Shown: piece after piece, positions 1 through 11,859 of the stretch
Layout of the letters: the number at the start of each line of letters is the position of its first letter
Numbering within the stretch: position 1 is the stretch's first letter
NCBI RefSeq assembly: GCF_053238245.1
Contig: NZ_CP112988.1
Reading direction: 5' to 3' (one strand)
DNA: 32,000 bases
The notes under the pieces: model-generated
What the model was told of the DNA's origin: nothing
What the model saw: the letters and a program-made list of their open reading frames with translations, nothing else
The model's database searches: none
Translations under genes and position numbers: made by a program

Positions 1-41
1 ACTTCACTATAGGGGCCAGAGGCGCTGGCTGTCACGCAAAA

Positions 42-719
42 TTACACCAGTAATTCCGCAGCCAGCCGTGCAATCAATACGTTAGACAGCAAGACAGGAA
101 CATCGAGCTGTTTTTGCAGTAAATCGCGATGACGTTGGTGAAATCCTAAACAATCCAGCATGATGACATCAGCCCCTTTTGCCAGTAATTCTTTCCCGGC
201 ATCAATGATTTTTTGTTCTGAATCATGAATGGGGTTACCCAATGAAAATACCGGCGATTTCTGCAAAATTTGCCATTTTTGCGCCTGAACGGTCAGCATC
301 TCCTCAACCGGAACGATAACCCCCACCTGATGATCTTCAACAATAGAGGAAACCAGTGGAGGCAATATTCGCGACGGCTCAAGAAAGATCGTATTACGCG
401 CAGTCATACTACTAATGTTTGCTGTACTCATTAATAAAATGACGTCATAACCCTGATTATCGAGCACTTCAACCACACCTTGCAGGTCTCGCTCCACTTT
501 ACGACGCGAAACATGGGCCAGCTGGTTGTCATTTAATAATGTGAGAATGGTGTCTTCGCCTGCTTCTGGCGCGTACTCCGCCATCACTTCTTCACGACTT
601 AACTTCCCCAGCAGGCTATGATGGGAAATATTATCTTCGTCAATGTATTCCGTCAGGAGCGGCAAAACCTCCTGCATAGGTACAATGCCGATGGTCAGGA
701 TCGCCAACGACGCACTCAT
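42..719 (-). CDS. aroM: AroM protein
   Basis: 225-aa ORF. Length and position downstream of aroL-yaiA on the same strand match E. coli K-12 aroM (synteny and sequence memory). Confidence 0.9.
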   Translation of the reverse strand: MSASLAILTIGIVPMQEVLPLLTEYIDEDNISHHSLLGKLSREEVMAEYAPEAGEDTILTLLNDNQLAHVSRRKVERDLQGVVEVLDNQGYDVILLMSTANISSMTARNTIFLEPSRILPPLVSSIVEDHQVGVIVPVEEMLTVQAQKWQILQKSPVFSLGNPIHDSEQKIIDAGKELLAKGADVIMLDCLGFHQRHRDLLQKQLDVPVLLSNVLIARLAAELLV

Positions 720-976
720 TGTTCATCCACCTTACTTTTCTTTCGTCGTTAATTACCGGGCAAGTGTGAAGCACCACTGCTGACACTTACTTGTGCTACA
801 AATGACAAAAAGCGTAGCAGCAGACGTGCACGGCATAATGTAAAGATTCCAAATGATTCCAGTAATGGATTGTTATTGTTTAATATTCTAATTATTAGAA
901 AAACATGAATTATGAAAAATGTGACGCAGATCCCTTGTAGTGGCACTCAGAATCCCTTCCGAGCAGTCTGATGCGG

Positions 977-1177
<201 letters not shown>

Positions 1178-1217
1178 TTATTTCACGGGATGAACGTTAA
1201 GTATAGGCGCTCTAAAA

Positions 1218-1742
1218 TCAACAATTGATCGTCTGTGCCAGGGCGCTACGAATTTCAGAAATCACCTGGCTGGGTTCGTTTGTTGCGTCGATGATAATAT
1301 GCGCAACTTCGCGATATAGCGCATCGCGTTCTTCCAGCACTTCCTGAACTTCTTCGCTCAGCGGTTTTCCCGTTAAGGTTGGCCGTAAATCTTCTTCCGG
1401 TGCAGCTTGCAGTCGGTTAACCAGGACTGATACTGGCGCACACAAATAAACCACGATCCCGTTATTTTGCATGAAGTGACGATTAAATTCCGTCAGAATA
1501 ATGCCGCCGCCTGTAGCGATAACGGTGGATGGCGCAGTTACCGCTTCCAGCGCCGCCGTTTCTCTGGCGCGAAATCCCGCCCACTCTTCCCTTTCGACGA
1601 TCTCCGCGACCGTCATATTGAGCTGTGATTGCAACCACTGATCGGTATCGACAAACCGACGGTTAAGCGAATCGGCAAGGGCCATTCCGACCGTTGTTTT
1701 ACCACAGCCCCGAGGCCCGATCAGAAAAAGAGGTTGTGTCAT
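1218..1742 (-). CDS. aroL: shikimate kinase II
   Basis: 174-aa ORF with the N-terminal P-loop GPRGCGKTT. Size and context match AroL. Confidence 0.95.
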
Positions 1743-1924
1743 CGTGGGTTTTCCCCAATAGGTCGCAATGCGGCGAAAGCCGGTGTCATGAGAATAGCGA
1801 TCATACCATCAAACTAGTACAATTTCGATTGTAAAGAAAAAATTCCACTTAAAGTGAAAATCTCAATACATCCCTTACTATACCAATAAATATTCAAGAA
1901 TGAAGTGTAAATAATAAATTACAT

Positions 1925-2383
1925 TTAGCCACGACTACGTTGCACTTCCAGCCACCACTTCTCCAGCTCCGCGGCAAAGGCCTGGCGGTCACGTTGTGAA
2001 AGGCTATCTGGTCCGCCGGTCTGGATCCCACTGGCACGTAAGGTATCCATAAAATCGCGCATCGTCAGGCGCTCACGAATGGTCGCTGGCGTGTAACGTT
2101 CGCCGCGCGGATTAAGCGCCGCTGCGCCTTTCTCGATGGCTTCAGCAGCCAAAGGTATATCTGCGGTGATCACCAAATCGCCCGCTTCACACTGCCGGAC
2201 AATTTCGTTATCGGCAACGTCGAAACCTGCCGCGACGCGCAGCGTACGAATAAATCGCGATGGCGGCACGCGTAAACTCTGGTTTGCTACCAGTACCAGC
2301 GGCATCTGCATACGTTCCGCCGCGCGATACAAAATCTCTTTAATTACATTGGGACACGCGTCGGCATCCACCCAAATTGTCAT
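1925..2383 (-). CDS. yaiI: UPF0178/DUF188 family protein YaiI
   Basis: The ORF track extends to 2503. The internal start [12 protein letters not shown] gives 152 aa, the K-12 YaiI length. The gene is divergent from proC. Confidence 0.85.
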   Translation of the reverse strand: MTIWVDADACPNVIKEILYRAAERMQMPLVLVANQSLRVPPSRFIRTLRVAAGFDVADNEIVRQCEAGDLVITADIPLAAEAIEKGAAALNPRGERYTPATIRERLTMRDFMDTLRASGIQTGGPDSLSQRDRQAFAAELEKWWLEVQRSRG

Positions 2384-2502
2384 AAAGTCATCCTTTGTTG
2401 GGTAATCCTCTATTGTGTCGCGCTTTTGCCTTCCGGCATAGTTCTGTTTATGCTTCTGCCAGCGATTATCAAAACAATGAATTTCACGGCAGGAGTGAGG
2501 CA

Positions 2503-3312
2503 ATGGAAAAGAAAATCGGTTTTATTGGCTGCGGCAATATGGGAAAAGCCATTCTCGGCGGTCTGATTGCCAGCGGTCAGGTGCTTCCAGGGCAAATCTG
2601 GGTATACACCCCCTCCCCGGATAAAGTCGCCGCCCTGCATGACCAGTTCGGCATCAACGCCGCAGAATCGGCGCAAGAAGTGGCGCAAATCGCCGACATC
2701 ATTTTTGCTGCCGTTAAACCTGGCATCATGATTAAAGTGCTTAGCGAAATCACCTCCAGCCTGAATAAAGACTCTCTGGTCGTTTCTATTGCTGCAGGTG
2801 TCACGCTCGACCAGCTTGCCCGCGCGCTGGGCCATGACCGGAAAATTATCCGCGCCATGCCGAACACTCCCGCGCTGGTTAATGCCGGGATGACCTCCGT
2901 AACGCCAAACGCGCTGGTAACCCCAGAAGATACCGCTGATGTGCTGAATATTTTCCGCTGCTTTGGCGAAGCGGAAGTAATTGCTGAGCCGATGATCCAC
3001 CCGGTGGTCGGTGTGAGCGGTTCTTCGCCAGCCTACGTATTTATGTTTATCGAAGCGATGGCCGACGCCGCCGTGCTGGGCGGGATGCCACGCGCCCAGG
3101 CGTATAAATTTGCCGCTCAGGCGGTAATGGGTTCCGCAAAAATGGTGCTGGAAACGGGAGAACATCCGGGGGCACTGAAAGATATGGTCTGCTCACCGGG
3201 AGGCACCACCATTGAAGCGGTACGCGTACTGGAAGAGAAAGGCTTCCGTGCCGCAGTGATCGAAGCGATGACGAAGTGTATGGAAAAATCAGAAAAACTC
3301 AGCAAATCCTGA
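2503..3312 (+). CDS. proC: pyrroline-5-carboxylate reductase
   Basis: Start [16 protein letters not shown] (Rossmann GxGxxG) gives 269 aa as in K-12 ProC. The upstream extension of the track ORF is discarded. Confidence 0.95.
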   Translation: MEKKIGFIGCGNMGKAILGGLIASGQVLPGQIWVYTPSPDKVAALHDQFGINAAESAQEVAQIADIIFAAVKPGIMIKVLSEITSSLNKDSLVVSIAAGVTLDQLARALGHDRKIIRAMPNTPALVNAGMTSVTPNALVTPEDTADVLNIFRCFGEAEVIAEPMIHPVVGVSGSSPAYVFMFIEAMADAAVLGGMPRAQAYKFAAQAVMGSAKMVLETGEHPGALKDMVCSPGGTTIEAVRVLEEKGFRAAVIEAMTKCMEKSEKLSKS

Positions 3313-3328
3313 TGACTTTCGCCGGACG

Positions 3329-4444
3329 TCAGGCCGCCACTTCGGTGCGGTTACGTCCGGCTTTCTTTGCTTTGTAAAGCGCCAAATCTGCCGATTTCAA
3401 CCACTCACGATAGTGACTCATTTGTGGGTTCAGCGGCGCAACCCCCACACTAATCCGTAAAGTTACCTGTGGCGTATTCGGCAAGCGTAACGTGTTTAGC
3501 CCTTCACGCACCCGTAACATGGCGGTAATGGCGCTCTCAGCTGGCGTACCGGACATGATTACTGCAAACTCATCGCCGCCAAACCGACCAATCACATCGC
3601 TACCGCGCAGGGTAATTTGTAACTGTCGGGTAAGCGCCACAATCGCTTCATCGCCCACATCATGACCCCAGGTATCGTTGATGCTCTTGAAATGGTCGAT
3701 ATCGATAATCAGTAACGTTGCATCGCGATTATGCCGCCGACAGTTATCAAATTCATTGCGTAACATAGTTTCCCAATGACGTCGGTTATACACGCCCGTC
3801 ATGCCGTCGCGGGTACTCATGACCTGCAACCTGCGTTTATGTTCCGCCAGTTTGGTTGCCGTCTGGTAGCTGACCCAGCCAAACAGCAGAGGATAAACGA
3901 CAATAATGGGAAGGGAGAGCCACCATTCCAGCGGCGCACTATTGAACGACACGGTAATGCCCGTAAGCTCGAGGGTGACAAGGCAGGAAACCACCATCAA
4001 CACCAGACCCGCGACAAACAGACGGGGGCCGCCTGCCCCCATCAAATTCAGACACATAATCATCAACATAGCGGTGGAAGGCAGCACGTTTACGCCCATT
4101 ACGCCTACCCACATTCCCGCTAATACTGCATCGGTTTTTAAGTTGTAAATTTCCCGGCTAAGCGGATCGACGGCCCTGCTCGCTATCTGCCAGGCTAAAT
4201 GCGGCCAGACGAACGCCCAGCCGACCAACACCAGCCACCACCAGCCCGGCGGCGGGTGCGAAACCAGCGTTGAAGCAATCGGTAAGAACATGCCAGCCAG
4301 GCCAACCGCACGGGGTAGTCTGACGCGACGGGCGAAGCGCAGCCCGGACCGCTGATGTTCGTTTTGAGGAGTTAAAGGAGGTTCCTCCCCATGCGCCGCC
4401 GCTTTTTTGAAAAAGTTTTCATCATTCATTATTTTTGGGAACAT
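3329..4444 (-). CDS. adrA: diguanylate cyclase (membrane MASE2 + GGDEF)
   Basis: 371 aa with a hydrophobic N-terminal half and a C-terminal GGDEF domain containing RFGGDEFAV. Matches AdrA/DgcC (yaiC). Confidence 0.93.
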   Translation of the reverse strand: MFPKIMNDENFFKKAAAHGEEPPLTPQNEHQRSGLRFARRVRLPRAVGLAGMFLPIASTLVSHPPPGWWWLVLVGWAFVWPHLAWQIASRAVDPLSREIYNLKTDAVLAGMWVGVMGVNVLPSTAMLMIMCLNLMGAGGPRLFVAGLVLMVVSCLVTLELTGITVSFNSAPLEWWLSLPIIVVYPLLFGWVSYQTATKLAEHKRRLQVMSTRDGMTGVYNRRHWETMLRNEFDNCRRHNRDATLLIIDIDHFKSINDTWGHDVGDEAIVALTRQLQITLRGSDVIGRFGGDEFAVIMSGTPAESAITAMLRVREGLNTLRLPNTPQVTLRISVGVAPLNPQMSHYREWLKSADLALYKAKKAGRNRTEVAA

Positions 4445-4545
4445 TCAGAAACAATTTTCCCAAATTATAGAGACGGGGCTAAAGGCAGAAGTATGAAATT
4501 TCGGGTGAGCCACTTTCGTAGCTCACCCGTTAGCACTATCAGGTA

Positions 4546-4866
4546 TCAGGCGGCTTTCTTGAGGCAGGCACTCATAAACTTATTACGATCATCACCTTTC
4601 AGAGATTGTTGCGTTGCTTGATTATTACATTCGCGCATCTTTTGCTGCTGTGGCGTCAAACTTTTTTCACCAGGCGCAGACTTGCTGTTCTTCAGGCAAT
4701 CACTCATGTAGGTCTTACGAGCATCCCCTTTCAACGCCTGCGCCGTCGCCTGCTGATTACAGGATGTCATACGCTGTTGTTGTGGGGTTAAGGTTCTCTC
4801 GGCAGCGCCGACGGTGGTTAAAAAAACCAGACCAAAAAGCAAGGTAACCAGTAATGTTATTTTCAT
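4546..4866 (-). CDS. psiF: phosphate starvation-inducible protein PsiF
   Basis: Start MKITLLVTLLFG gives 106 aa with a signal peptide and two internal LTPQQQ.M..CN.QA repeats. Lies downstream of phoA. Confidence 0.9.
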   Translation of the reverse strand: MKITLLVTLLFGLVFLTTVGAAERTLTPQQQRMTSCNQQATAQALKGDARKTYMSDCLKNSKSAPGEKSLTPQQQKMRECNNQATQQSLKGDDRNKFMSACLKKAA

Positions 4867-4940
4867 AGCACCATCCCTCTTCATGTTTTAACCATGAGCG
4901 TATGCGCCCGTGATCTGCCATTAAGTCTGGTTGCTAACAG

Positions 4941-4978
4941 CAAAAAAACCACCCGGCAGCGAAAATTCACTGCCGGGC
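4941..4978 (-). terminator. rho-independent terminator after phoA
   Basis: On the minus strand the stem CCCGGCAG ... CTGCCGGG (4977-4970 / 4959-4952) is followed by a T7 run (4948-4942), directly after the phoA stop. Confidence 0.7.
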
Positions 4979-4984
4979 GCGGTT

Positions 4985-6400
4985 TTATTTCAGCCCCAGG
5001 GCGGCTTTCATGGTGTAGAAGAGATCGGTCTGGTCGGTCAGTCCAACAACATTGGCGGCATGCGGGCCATACGCCGCAATACGCAACTGACTGCCGGTAT
5101 GTTCTTGTGAATCCTCTTCGGAGTTCCCGTAGCTCATCACCATCACTGCGCCATCTTTGGTATTTAGCGCCTGGGTGAGGCCCGGAGCTTTGGTATCCGG
5201 CGCGACAATCTGGCTGGCGTGGGCGTGATCAGCGGTGACTATGACCAGCGTATTGCCATCCTTTTTAGCGAATTCCAGCGCCCGTTGTACGGCTTCATCG
5301 AGATCGACCGTCTCGCCAATTTGCCCACAAGGATTCGCAGCGTGATCCTGTTTATCGATTGACGCACCTTCAACTTGCAGGAAAAATCCTTTCTCATTTT
5401 TACTCAACAATTCAATGGCTTTGTCGGTCATCTGCGCCAGGGTTGGTACACTGTCATTACGTTGCGGATTAGGCGTACAGGTGACTGCGGGCTTATCGAT
5501 ATTGCCGTGGTACGTTGCTTTCGGTCCTAGCCAGCGCACTGGCATATTGCCGTCAGCAAACAGTCCAAGCAGAGGTTTTTGCTGATTCGCTTCCGTCACC
5601 GAATTCAGTGAGGCAGCATCGCTGACCAACTGATAACCACGCGCCTGTGCCTGTTCACGCAGCGTTTTTCCCTGCCATTCACCGGCGGTTGCCGTTTCAG
5701 CAAAGGTTTTTGCGCCACCGCCAAGCGTAACGTCGGCACGAGCGTTAAGCAGCTGTTCGGTAATCGATCCTTTTCCGCCTTTTTCCAGAGCGTTACCCGG
5801 ACATTTTTCACTGGTCGCGCTCGGACCGTAGCATTTGCGCGAAGTCACATGTGCCACCAGCGCAGCGGGCGTGGCATCCTGCAACTCTGCGGTAGAAACG
5901 TTACCGGTCGCCAGACCTGCGGCTTTTGCCATTTCCAGAATCGTTGGGTGATCTTTTTCGTGAATATCGACGCCCAGCGCGCCGTTATAGGTTTTGACAC
6001 CGGTTGACCAGGCGGTTGCTGATGCAGCCGAGTCGGTGACGTAGTCCGGTTTGCCGGTTTTTTTATTCAGCGCATAGTGAGTGTATTGCCCGGTAAGCGG
6101 TAAGGCATCGATACCTTTAAAAAAGCCGCCCGCACCTTCGGCATAATTACGTGCGGCAGTAATTTCCGAATCCCCCATCCCATCGCCAATCAGCAAAATA
6201 ATATTTTTTGCAGGTTTATCGCTAAGAGAATCACGCAGAGCGGCGGTCTGATCACCCGTTAAGCGGCGAGCACCGCCGGGTGCAGTAATATCGCCCTGAG
6301 CAGCCCGGTTTTCCAGAACAGGCATTTCTGGTGTCCGGGCTTTTGTCACAGGGGTAAACAGTAACGGTAAGAGTGCCAGTGCAATAGTGCTTTGTTTCAC
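4985..6400 (-). CDS. phoA: alkaline phosphatase
   Basis: GTG start at [21 protein letters not shown] gives 471 aa. The active-site region DSAASATAW is present. The upstream 23 codons of the track ORF are discarded. Confidence 0.95.
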   Translation of the reverse strand: MKQSTIALALLPLLFTPVTKARTPEMPVLENRAAQGDITAPGGARRLTGDQTAALRDSLSDKPAKNIILLIGDGMGDSEITAARNYAEGAGGFFKGIDALPLTGQYTHYALNKKTGKPDYVTDSAASATAWSTGVKTYNGALGVDIHEKDHPTILEMAKAAGLATGNVSTAELQDATPAALVAHVTSRKCYGPSATSEKCPGNALEKGGKGSITEQLLNARADVTLGGGAKTFAETATAGEWQGKTLREQAQARGYQLVSDAASLNSVTEANQQKPLLGLFADGNMPVRWLGPKATYHGNIDKPAVTCTPNPQRNDSVPTLAQMTDKAIELLSKNEKGFFLQVEGASIDKQDHAANPCGQIGETVDLDEAVQRALEFAKKDGNTLVIVTADHAHASQIVAPDTKAPGLTQALNTKDGAVMVMSYGNSEEDSQEHTGSQLRIAAYGPHAANVVGLTDQTDLFYTMKAALGLK

Positions 6401-6462
6401 TTTATTTTCTCCATGTACAAATACATTAAAAAATAAAAACAAAGCGACTATAAGTCTCGGCC

Positions 6463-6480
6463 GTGACAACTTTATGACAG
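6463..6480 (-). promoter_or_regulatory. Pho box (PhoB binding site) of the phoA promoter
   Basis: The minus strand reads CTGTCATAAAGTTGTCAC, the classical phoA Pho box (two CTGTCAT-like direct repeats), about 65 bp upstream of the phoA start. Confidence 0.8.
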
Positions 6481-6500
6481 CTGTTGAAAAGATTAACTTT

Positions 6501-6761
6501 TTACTGACGAGGATGCTTCAATAACTTCTTTACGTAATCGCGCAGCAGCTCCGTATCGTCGTCAGGAATGCTGGCATCGGGCTTTACCTCGTACAGCGCC
6601 CCCTCTACCTGATCAATCAACCGCTGTTGGTCATTTTGCGCCATATTGCGAAGCATTGCAGTGACGATAATCTCCAAAGCTTCTACCTGCGCACACAGTT
6701 CTTTCGACTCTTCTTCTTTTTGGGCAAGCTTAAATAACAACTCAGCAATGAGATTTTTCAT
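6501..6761 (-). CDS. iraP: anti-adaptor protein IraP (RssB inhibitor)
   Basis: 86-aa coiled-coil ORF between phoA and ddlA, as K-12 iraP (yaiB). Confidence 0.9.
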
Positions 6762-7223
6762 GTCTGTATTTCCTTATCCAAAGTATGGAGAAGTTAACAT
6801 TATGTTTCACAACTTCATAGTGTCTGGAAGTATTATTTTTATGACAAAGGAAATACTTTGCGCAAATATTTTTTGTTTGATTACCAGCGAAACGTTTCTC
6901 TTATTTAAATAACTACCCACACAAAATATAGGCTTTTAATTATCAACCTTTATTATAAATAAAAGTTATGAAATATATTCTCTTCGTTAACTTATAATTA
7001 AGAGAAAAAAACTCACCGCATGGCCATTTAAGCCAGGAATAAATTAGCTTCCCGTTCATCATTTTTGTGATCTTGCGCACATCTTTGAGATAACGCACTT
7101 TCTTCACCAGTACGTTGCACGCTTTGTCAGCAGAAGATTGCAACAATCTTTCAGAAGGCCGCGAATCCCCCGTTTTGTCGTGGTAATGTATGCACTTTGT
7201 GTTAGACGGGATAGGTTTTTAAG

Positions 7224-8318
7224 ATGGAAAAACTGCGGGTAGGAATCGTTTTTGGTGGTAAATCAGCGGAACATGAAGTGTCTCTGCAATCGGCAAAAAA
7301 CATTGTCGATGCCATTGATAAAAGTCGCTTCGACGTTGTGCTGCTGGGCATTGATAAACAAGGGCAATGGCACGTCAGCGATGCCAGCAATTATCTGCTA
7401 AATGCAGACGATCCTGCCCATATTGCGTTGCGCCCTTCGGCGACCAGCCTTGCGCAGGTGCCAGGTAAACATGAGCATCAGCTTATCGACGCGCAAAACG
7501 GTCAGCCGTTGCCGACGGTGGATGTCATTTTCCCGATTGTCCACGGTACGCTGGGCGAAGATGGTTCCTTGCAGGGAATGCTGCGGGTCGCCAATTTACC
7601 GTTTGTAGGTTCTGATGTTCTGGCTTCAGCAGCCTGTATGGATAAAGATGTCACCAAACGTCTGCTACGCGATGCCGGGCTGAACATTGCGCCATTTATT
7701 ACCCTGACGCGCGCTAATCGTCACAACATCAGTTTTGCCGAAGTGGAGTCTAAACTGGGGTTACCACTGTTTGTAAAACCGGCTAATCAGGGCTCTTCTG
7801 TTGGTGTCAGCAAAGTAACCAGTGAAGAACAGTACGCAATTGCCGTCGATCTGGCGTTCGAGTTCGATCATAAAGTGATCGTTGAGCAAGGGATCAAAGG
7901 TCGTGAGATCGAATGCGCAGTTCTGGGCAACGACAATCCGCAAGCCAGCACCTGTGGCGAGATCGTACTCACCAGCGATTTCTATGCCTACGACACCAAG
8001 TACATTGACGAAGATGGCGCGAAAGTGGTAGTTCCGGCAGCCATTGCACCAGAGATCAACGATAAGATCCGGGCGATTGCCGTTCAGGCTTATCAGACGT
8101 TGGGATGCGCAGGCATGGCGCGTGTAGACGTGTTTTTAACCCCAGAGAACGAAGTGGTGATCAACGAGATCAACACACTGCCTGGCTTCACCAACATCAG
8201 TATGTATCCGAAGCTGTGGCAAGCCAGCGGTCTGGGTTACACCGATCTGATCACACGTTTGATTGAGCTGGCGCTGGAGCGTCACGCTGCGGATAACGCA
8301 TTGAAAACCACAATGTAA
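7224..8318 (+). CDS. ddlA: D-alanine--D-alanine ligase A
   Basis: 364 aa with N-terminal [11 protein letters not shown] and an ATP-grasp C-terminal region (EINTLPGFT). Matches DdlA. Confidence 0.95.
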   Translation: MEKLRVGIVFGGKSAEHEVSLQSAKNIVDAIDKSRFDVVLLGIDKQGQWHVSDASNYLLNADDPAHIALRPSATSLAQVPGKHEHQLIDAQNGQPLPTVDVIFPIVHGTLGEDGSLQGMLRVANLPFVGSDVLASAACMDKDVTKRLLRDAGLNIAPFITLTRANRHNISFAEVESKLGLPLFVKPANQGSSVGVSKVTSEEQYAIAVDLAFEFDHKVIVEQGIKGREIECAVLGNDNPQASTCGEIVLTSDFYAYDTKYIDEDGAKVVVPAAIAPEINDKIRAIAVQAYQTLGCAGMARVDVFLTPENEVVINEINTLPGFTNISMYPKLWQASGLGYTDLITRLIELALERHAADNALKTTM

Positions 8319-8324
8319 TATTTT

Positions 8325-8357
8325 AACGCCCGATAATATTCTTATTGGGCGTTTTCA
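8325..8357 (+). terminator. hairpin terminator between ddlA and yaiZ
   Basis: AACGCCC ... GGGCGTT inverted repeat followed by TTTC/T-rich sequence just after the ddlA stop. It overlaps the 3' end of the convergent yaiZ. Confidence 0.5.
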
Positions 8358-8554
8358 GTTTCTTCATCGCGACGACGAATAATCAACCCCGCCAGCCAGA
8401 AACTAATCACCCACGTCACCAGACCGACGGCATAGGTCTGCCAACCTTTTGCTTCAAATCCCAGTAGCCCCACCACGCCATTAAGAATGAATATAAGGCC
8501 AATGGCGAACGCATAGTAGTGCCAGTCACGGCGGATTTTTACAGGCAGATTCAT
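8342..8554 (-). CDS. yaiZ: small inner-membrane protein YaiZ
   Basis: Internal start MNLPVKIRRDWHYYAF gives 70 aa with two TM helices, the K-12 YaiZ length and position. Confidence 0.8.
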   Translation of the reverse strand: MNLPVKIRRDWHYYAFAIGLIFILNGVVGLLGFEAKGWQTYAVGLVTWVISFWLAGLIIRRRDEETENAQ

Positions 8555-8813
8555 GGCAGCTCCGTTAACGAAAAACAACATCCTTGCATATTCTGTAACA
8601 ACCGTCTGTGGTGTAGACAACATTTTTGTAATTGTTAATAAATTTAACTTAAGGTTGCCATTTTGTGACTCACAACGAAGATTCACGCTTCGGGAATATT
8701 CCCAACATCAATTTACCATGATTCTGATATTGACAATCTAAATGACCTGTCAGACTTGCCATAAGCCGCTGGTATCACACCAGAAGAGAAGCAGATGACT
8801 TCCGGAGGTTTTT

Positions 8814-9122
8814 ATGGCTGATTTCACCCTGTCAAAATCGCTGTTTAGCGGAAAATATCGCAATGCCTCTTCAACGCCTGGCAACATTGCCTATGCGTTG
8901 TTTGTGCTGTTTTGCTTTTGGGCTGGGGCGCAATTGCTGAACCTGTTAGTGCATGCGCCCGGCGTCTATGAGCGTTTAATGCAGGTCCAGGAAACAGGTC
9001 GCCCACGGGTGGAAATTGGTTTAGGTGTCGGCACCATTTTCGGGCTGATCCCGTTTTTAGTAGGCTGCCTCATTTTTGCAGTGGTGGCGCTATGGCTGCA
9101 CTGGCGACATCGCCGCCAGTAA
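8814..9122 (+). CDS. yaiY: small inner-membrane protein YaiY
   Basis: 102-aa ORF with two hydrophobic helices. Position between yaiZ and yaiW as in K-12. Confidence 0.85.
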
Positions 9123-9131
9123 GATTTACGT

Positions 9132-9164
9132 TGCCAGATACGGCCTAAAACGCCTTATCTGGCA
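9132..9164. repeat. REP-like extragenic palindrome
   Basis: TGCCAGATACGGCCTAAAACGCCTTATCTGGCA, an imperfect palindrome resembling the REP consensus, lies between the convergent yaiY and yaiW. Confidence 0.6.
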
Positions 9165-9180
9165 TGACATTCCTGTTTGA

Positions 9181-10275
9181 TCACTGTTTCATACAACGCG
9201 CCCGCCGTTCGTCTACGCGCTTCGCAAACCAGGCCGTAGTCAGGTTGCGGGTGATTTTCGGGCTTTCCAGTTGAATGCCAGGCAACATTTCGCGGGGTAG
9301 TGATTTACCCGTTTTCGCTTCGGCAAGTTGATAAACTTTCTTGTACAGCGCCGTCTCCTCAAAAGAGAAGCTGTCACCTTTCTCTAACTGACGGCGAATT
9401 TCGCTGTCGCTCATCCCCAGTTTTCCCGCCAGTTTGCGCGTTGCCAGTTCGGTTTTCCCGGGTTCTTTACTGTCGTAACGAATTAAATCACCGTCCAGTG
9501 CCAGCTTCACGCCGCTGGCCTTACTGACTGCGTTCTGAAACGCGGCATTACGGCTGGCGTACCAGCCAGCGTTAAAATCAGCAAAGCGGTATATCGGTGC
9601 GCTATAGCTGGCGGGATAATTCAGTAAATGGTAAGTACCAAACCACAACCCGCCGCGGCGACTGAAGACTTCCTGACGAACTGTACCGTCCATTTTCCAC
9701 GGATACCCTTTGGTATGCTGTTCGGCAAAAGCAATGCTGACCTGCATCGGCCCACCGGTGCGCACCGGATTAAGCGAACCAAACAGCGTCTGCCCCATTG
9801 GTACCATGCTGATCAGATCGTCAAAAATCGCGCTCAATTGCTTTTCTGTACGCACCGAATCTAACCGTTCGCTATAACTTTTGCCGTTTGGCGATTTGAT
9901 TTTTAGCGCGGTATGAACCAGAAAAGCAGGAATGTGCATCCGTTCAGCACGACGGTCAATCTCTTGCCAGGCGATCTTGCTTAAGCCCGGAACGGCCGGA
10001 TCTGCCTGATAATTTGACTCCTGCTGCGCCACCGCCAGCACCGAGCAGACGTTTTCCAGCGTCGGTGCCAGCCCCTGACTTTCAAAGGTGGTGGCGAGAT
10101 CTTTCGCCCAGGCATCGCGGTCTTTCACGCTCGCAGGCATCTTCTGCCGCACGACGCTCGCTACATCTATCGCTTTTTCGCCCTTTTTCAACGGTTGCGG
10201 AGCCTGACTACTACACCCCGCTAAAACCAGAACCGCCAACAATGACAGCGAAGATAGATGATTGACGCGCGACAT
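9181..10275 (-). CDS. yaiW: outer-membrane lipoprotein YaiW
   Basis: 364 aa with a lipobox (LVLAGCSS). Immediately downstream of sbmA as in K-12. Confidence 0.9.
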   Translation of the reverse strand: MSRVNHLSSLSLLAVLVLAGCSSQAPQPLKKGEKAIDVASVVRQKMPASVKDRDAWAKDLATTFESQGLAPTLENVCSVLAVAQQESNYQADPAVPGLSKIAWQEIDRRAERMHIPAFLVHTALKIKSPNGKSYSERLDSVRTEKQLSAIFDDLISMVPMGQTLFGSLNPVRTGGPMQVSIAFAEQHTKGYPWKMDGTVRQEVFSRRGGLWFGTYHLLNYPASYSAPIYRFADFNAGWYASRNAAFQNAVSKASGVKLALDGDLIRYDSKEPGKTELATRKLAGKLGMSDSEIRRQLEKGDSFSFEETALYKKVYQLAEAKTGKSLPREMLPGIQLESPKITRNLTTAWFAKRVDERRARCMKQ

Positions 10276-10287
10276 TACTTCTCCTTT

Positions 10288-11508
10288 TTAGCTCAAGGTA
10301 TGGGTTACTTCCTGAATTTTGTCACCATCCAGCTCATGTTCAAAGCTGCGCAGACGTTTGTAGATAGACATCAACTCAACCAGTGTGGTCCATGAGTTAA
10401 TCAGGTACTGGAAAGCACCGCGAACCTGACCAAAAACGTTGGTAATCTGCGTCATCAGGCCGAGCGTAATCGTACCGGCAACAATTGACGGAAACAGCAA
10501 GAACAAACCGAAAACGTTATCGACCTGCAAATAGAGAATGCGGGCGATGTTGAAATACATATAGTGAAAATAGAGGCGAAAATAGTTTTTCCGTACGGCG
10601 CTAAACAGCTCGCGTACCGTAGGCGGCGTCGCGCGCGTGGCATCGTCTTCACCATAAACCAGCTCTTTACGGTAGGCGGCCTCTACTCGCTGGTTTTTAA
10701 ACTCCAGCCCCGGCAGTTTGATCCCTACCACTGCCAGCAATCCGGTCCCCATCAGCGACCAGACGATAGCGGCAATCACCAGACCATACGGAATGTGCCC
10801 GACAATTGGCAGCTCCGGCACATGTGCGGAGAGCGTTACCAGCACCGGCAGGAAGGCGATCAACGTCATGATGGCGTTGATAAAACTGACGCCCATATTC
10901 TCCAGCGTTGAAGCAAAACGCATGGTGTCTTCCTGCACACGCTGTGCGGCCCCTTCGATATGACGCAGTTGTTGCCAGTTCGCCATGTAATATTCGTTCA
11001 TCGCCGTACGCCAGCGGAACACGTAGTGACTGACAAAGAAGTTGTTCAGTACACTGATCACCACCGCGATCAGCGCAATCCCCAGAAAGACGCCCACTTC
11101 GCGGTAAAATTGTTCGATAGTGACTTTATGCGGCGAACTTAGCGCGGTTTGAATCAGATCATAGAACGGTGCATACCAGGCGTTGACGGCGACCCCGACT
11201 TCCACCAAAAACCAGGTGACGAAGATGATCAGTGCAGTACCGAGTATTGACCAGTATTGCCAACGGTGCGGGCTGTAGATAAACCAGAAAAATGCAAAAA
11301 GTCCTACGCAAACAATGTAGTAAGCGTAAAAAATCAGGAAATCCAACGACCAGAAACGCGCGGCGCTAATCGGGATCTGCCCGGAAGCGCCGGTGATACG
11401 CGCCACCCAGTCACCCCCACCGGCTTGCCAGAAGATAACGGCAATCAATGCCCAAACAAAGGCCGAGAGAAAAAACGTTCCCGGCTTTGGGAAAAAAGAC
11501 TTAAACAT
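10288..11508 (-). CDS. sbmA: peptide antibiotic/microcin transporter SbmA
   Basis: Start [13 protein letters not shown] gives 406 aa. Polytopic membrane protein in the K-12 SbmA position. Confidence 0.93.
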   Translation of the reverse strand: MFKSFFPKPGTFFLSAFVWALIAVIFWQAGGGDWVARITGASGQIPISAARFWSLDFLIFYAYYIVCVGLFAFFWFIYSPHRWQYWSILGTALIIFVTWFLVEVGVAVNAWYAPFYDLIQTALSSPHKVTIEQFYREVGVFLGIALIAVVISVLNNFFVSHYVFRWRTAMNEYYMANWQQLRHIEGAAQRVQEDTMRFASTLENMGVSFINAIMTLIAFLPVLVTLSAHVPELPIVGHIPYGLVIAAIVWSLMGTGLLAVVGIKLPGLEFKNQRVEAAYRKELVYGEDDATRATPPTVRELFSAVRKNYFRLYFHYMYFNIARILYLQVDNVFGLFLLFPSIVAGTITLGLMTQITNVFGQVRGAFQYLINSWTTLVELMSIYKRLRSFEHELDGDKIQEVTHTLS

Positions 11509-11859
11509 ATGCACTCCTGCTAACTTCTTATCGTTTTAACAACTGCTGTGTATTAACCGCATGACCGCTACAAAGCGTCAGCCAAATGAAACCGCCCATT
11601 GTGACCCATAGCAAGGCGCTTAGTTCGCCAGCCTGACCATAAGAATTGTTTCGACGGATTTCACAAACCAAAGATTGTTTACATAAGCGGATTAACACGC
11701 GCAGGATCACAAATGCAGGCATTGGTGAGCAGGAAAAAGATCGTGTTTACGCGCCGTTACGTTTTTAACACTATTATTGCACTAATTCGCCCTTTGCAAT
11801 CCATCAATGAGTAGTATAAATACGCTCAGTTACCTTCATTCAATCTATGGACACCACCG

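Noticed and set aside
2410-3305. Long antisense ORFs within proC (2410-3165, 2577-2867, 3117-3305), and similar shadow ORFs in adrA, sbmA, phoA, yaiW, yaiT, tauC and tauD.
   Set aside because: They are shadow frames opposite well-supported genes, which is typical of GC-balanced E. coli coding DNA.
4985-6469. N-terminally extended starts given by the ORF track for phoA, yaiI, proC, psiF, yaiZ, sbmA and hemB.
   Set aside because: The internal starts reproduce the known K-12 protein lengths and N-termini (signal peptide of PhoA, Rossmann start of ProC, and so on). The extensions cross promoter or regulatory DNA such as the Pho box.
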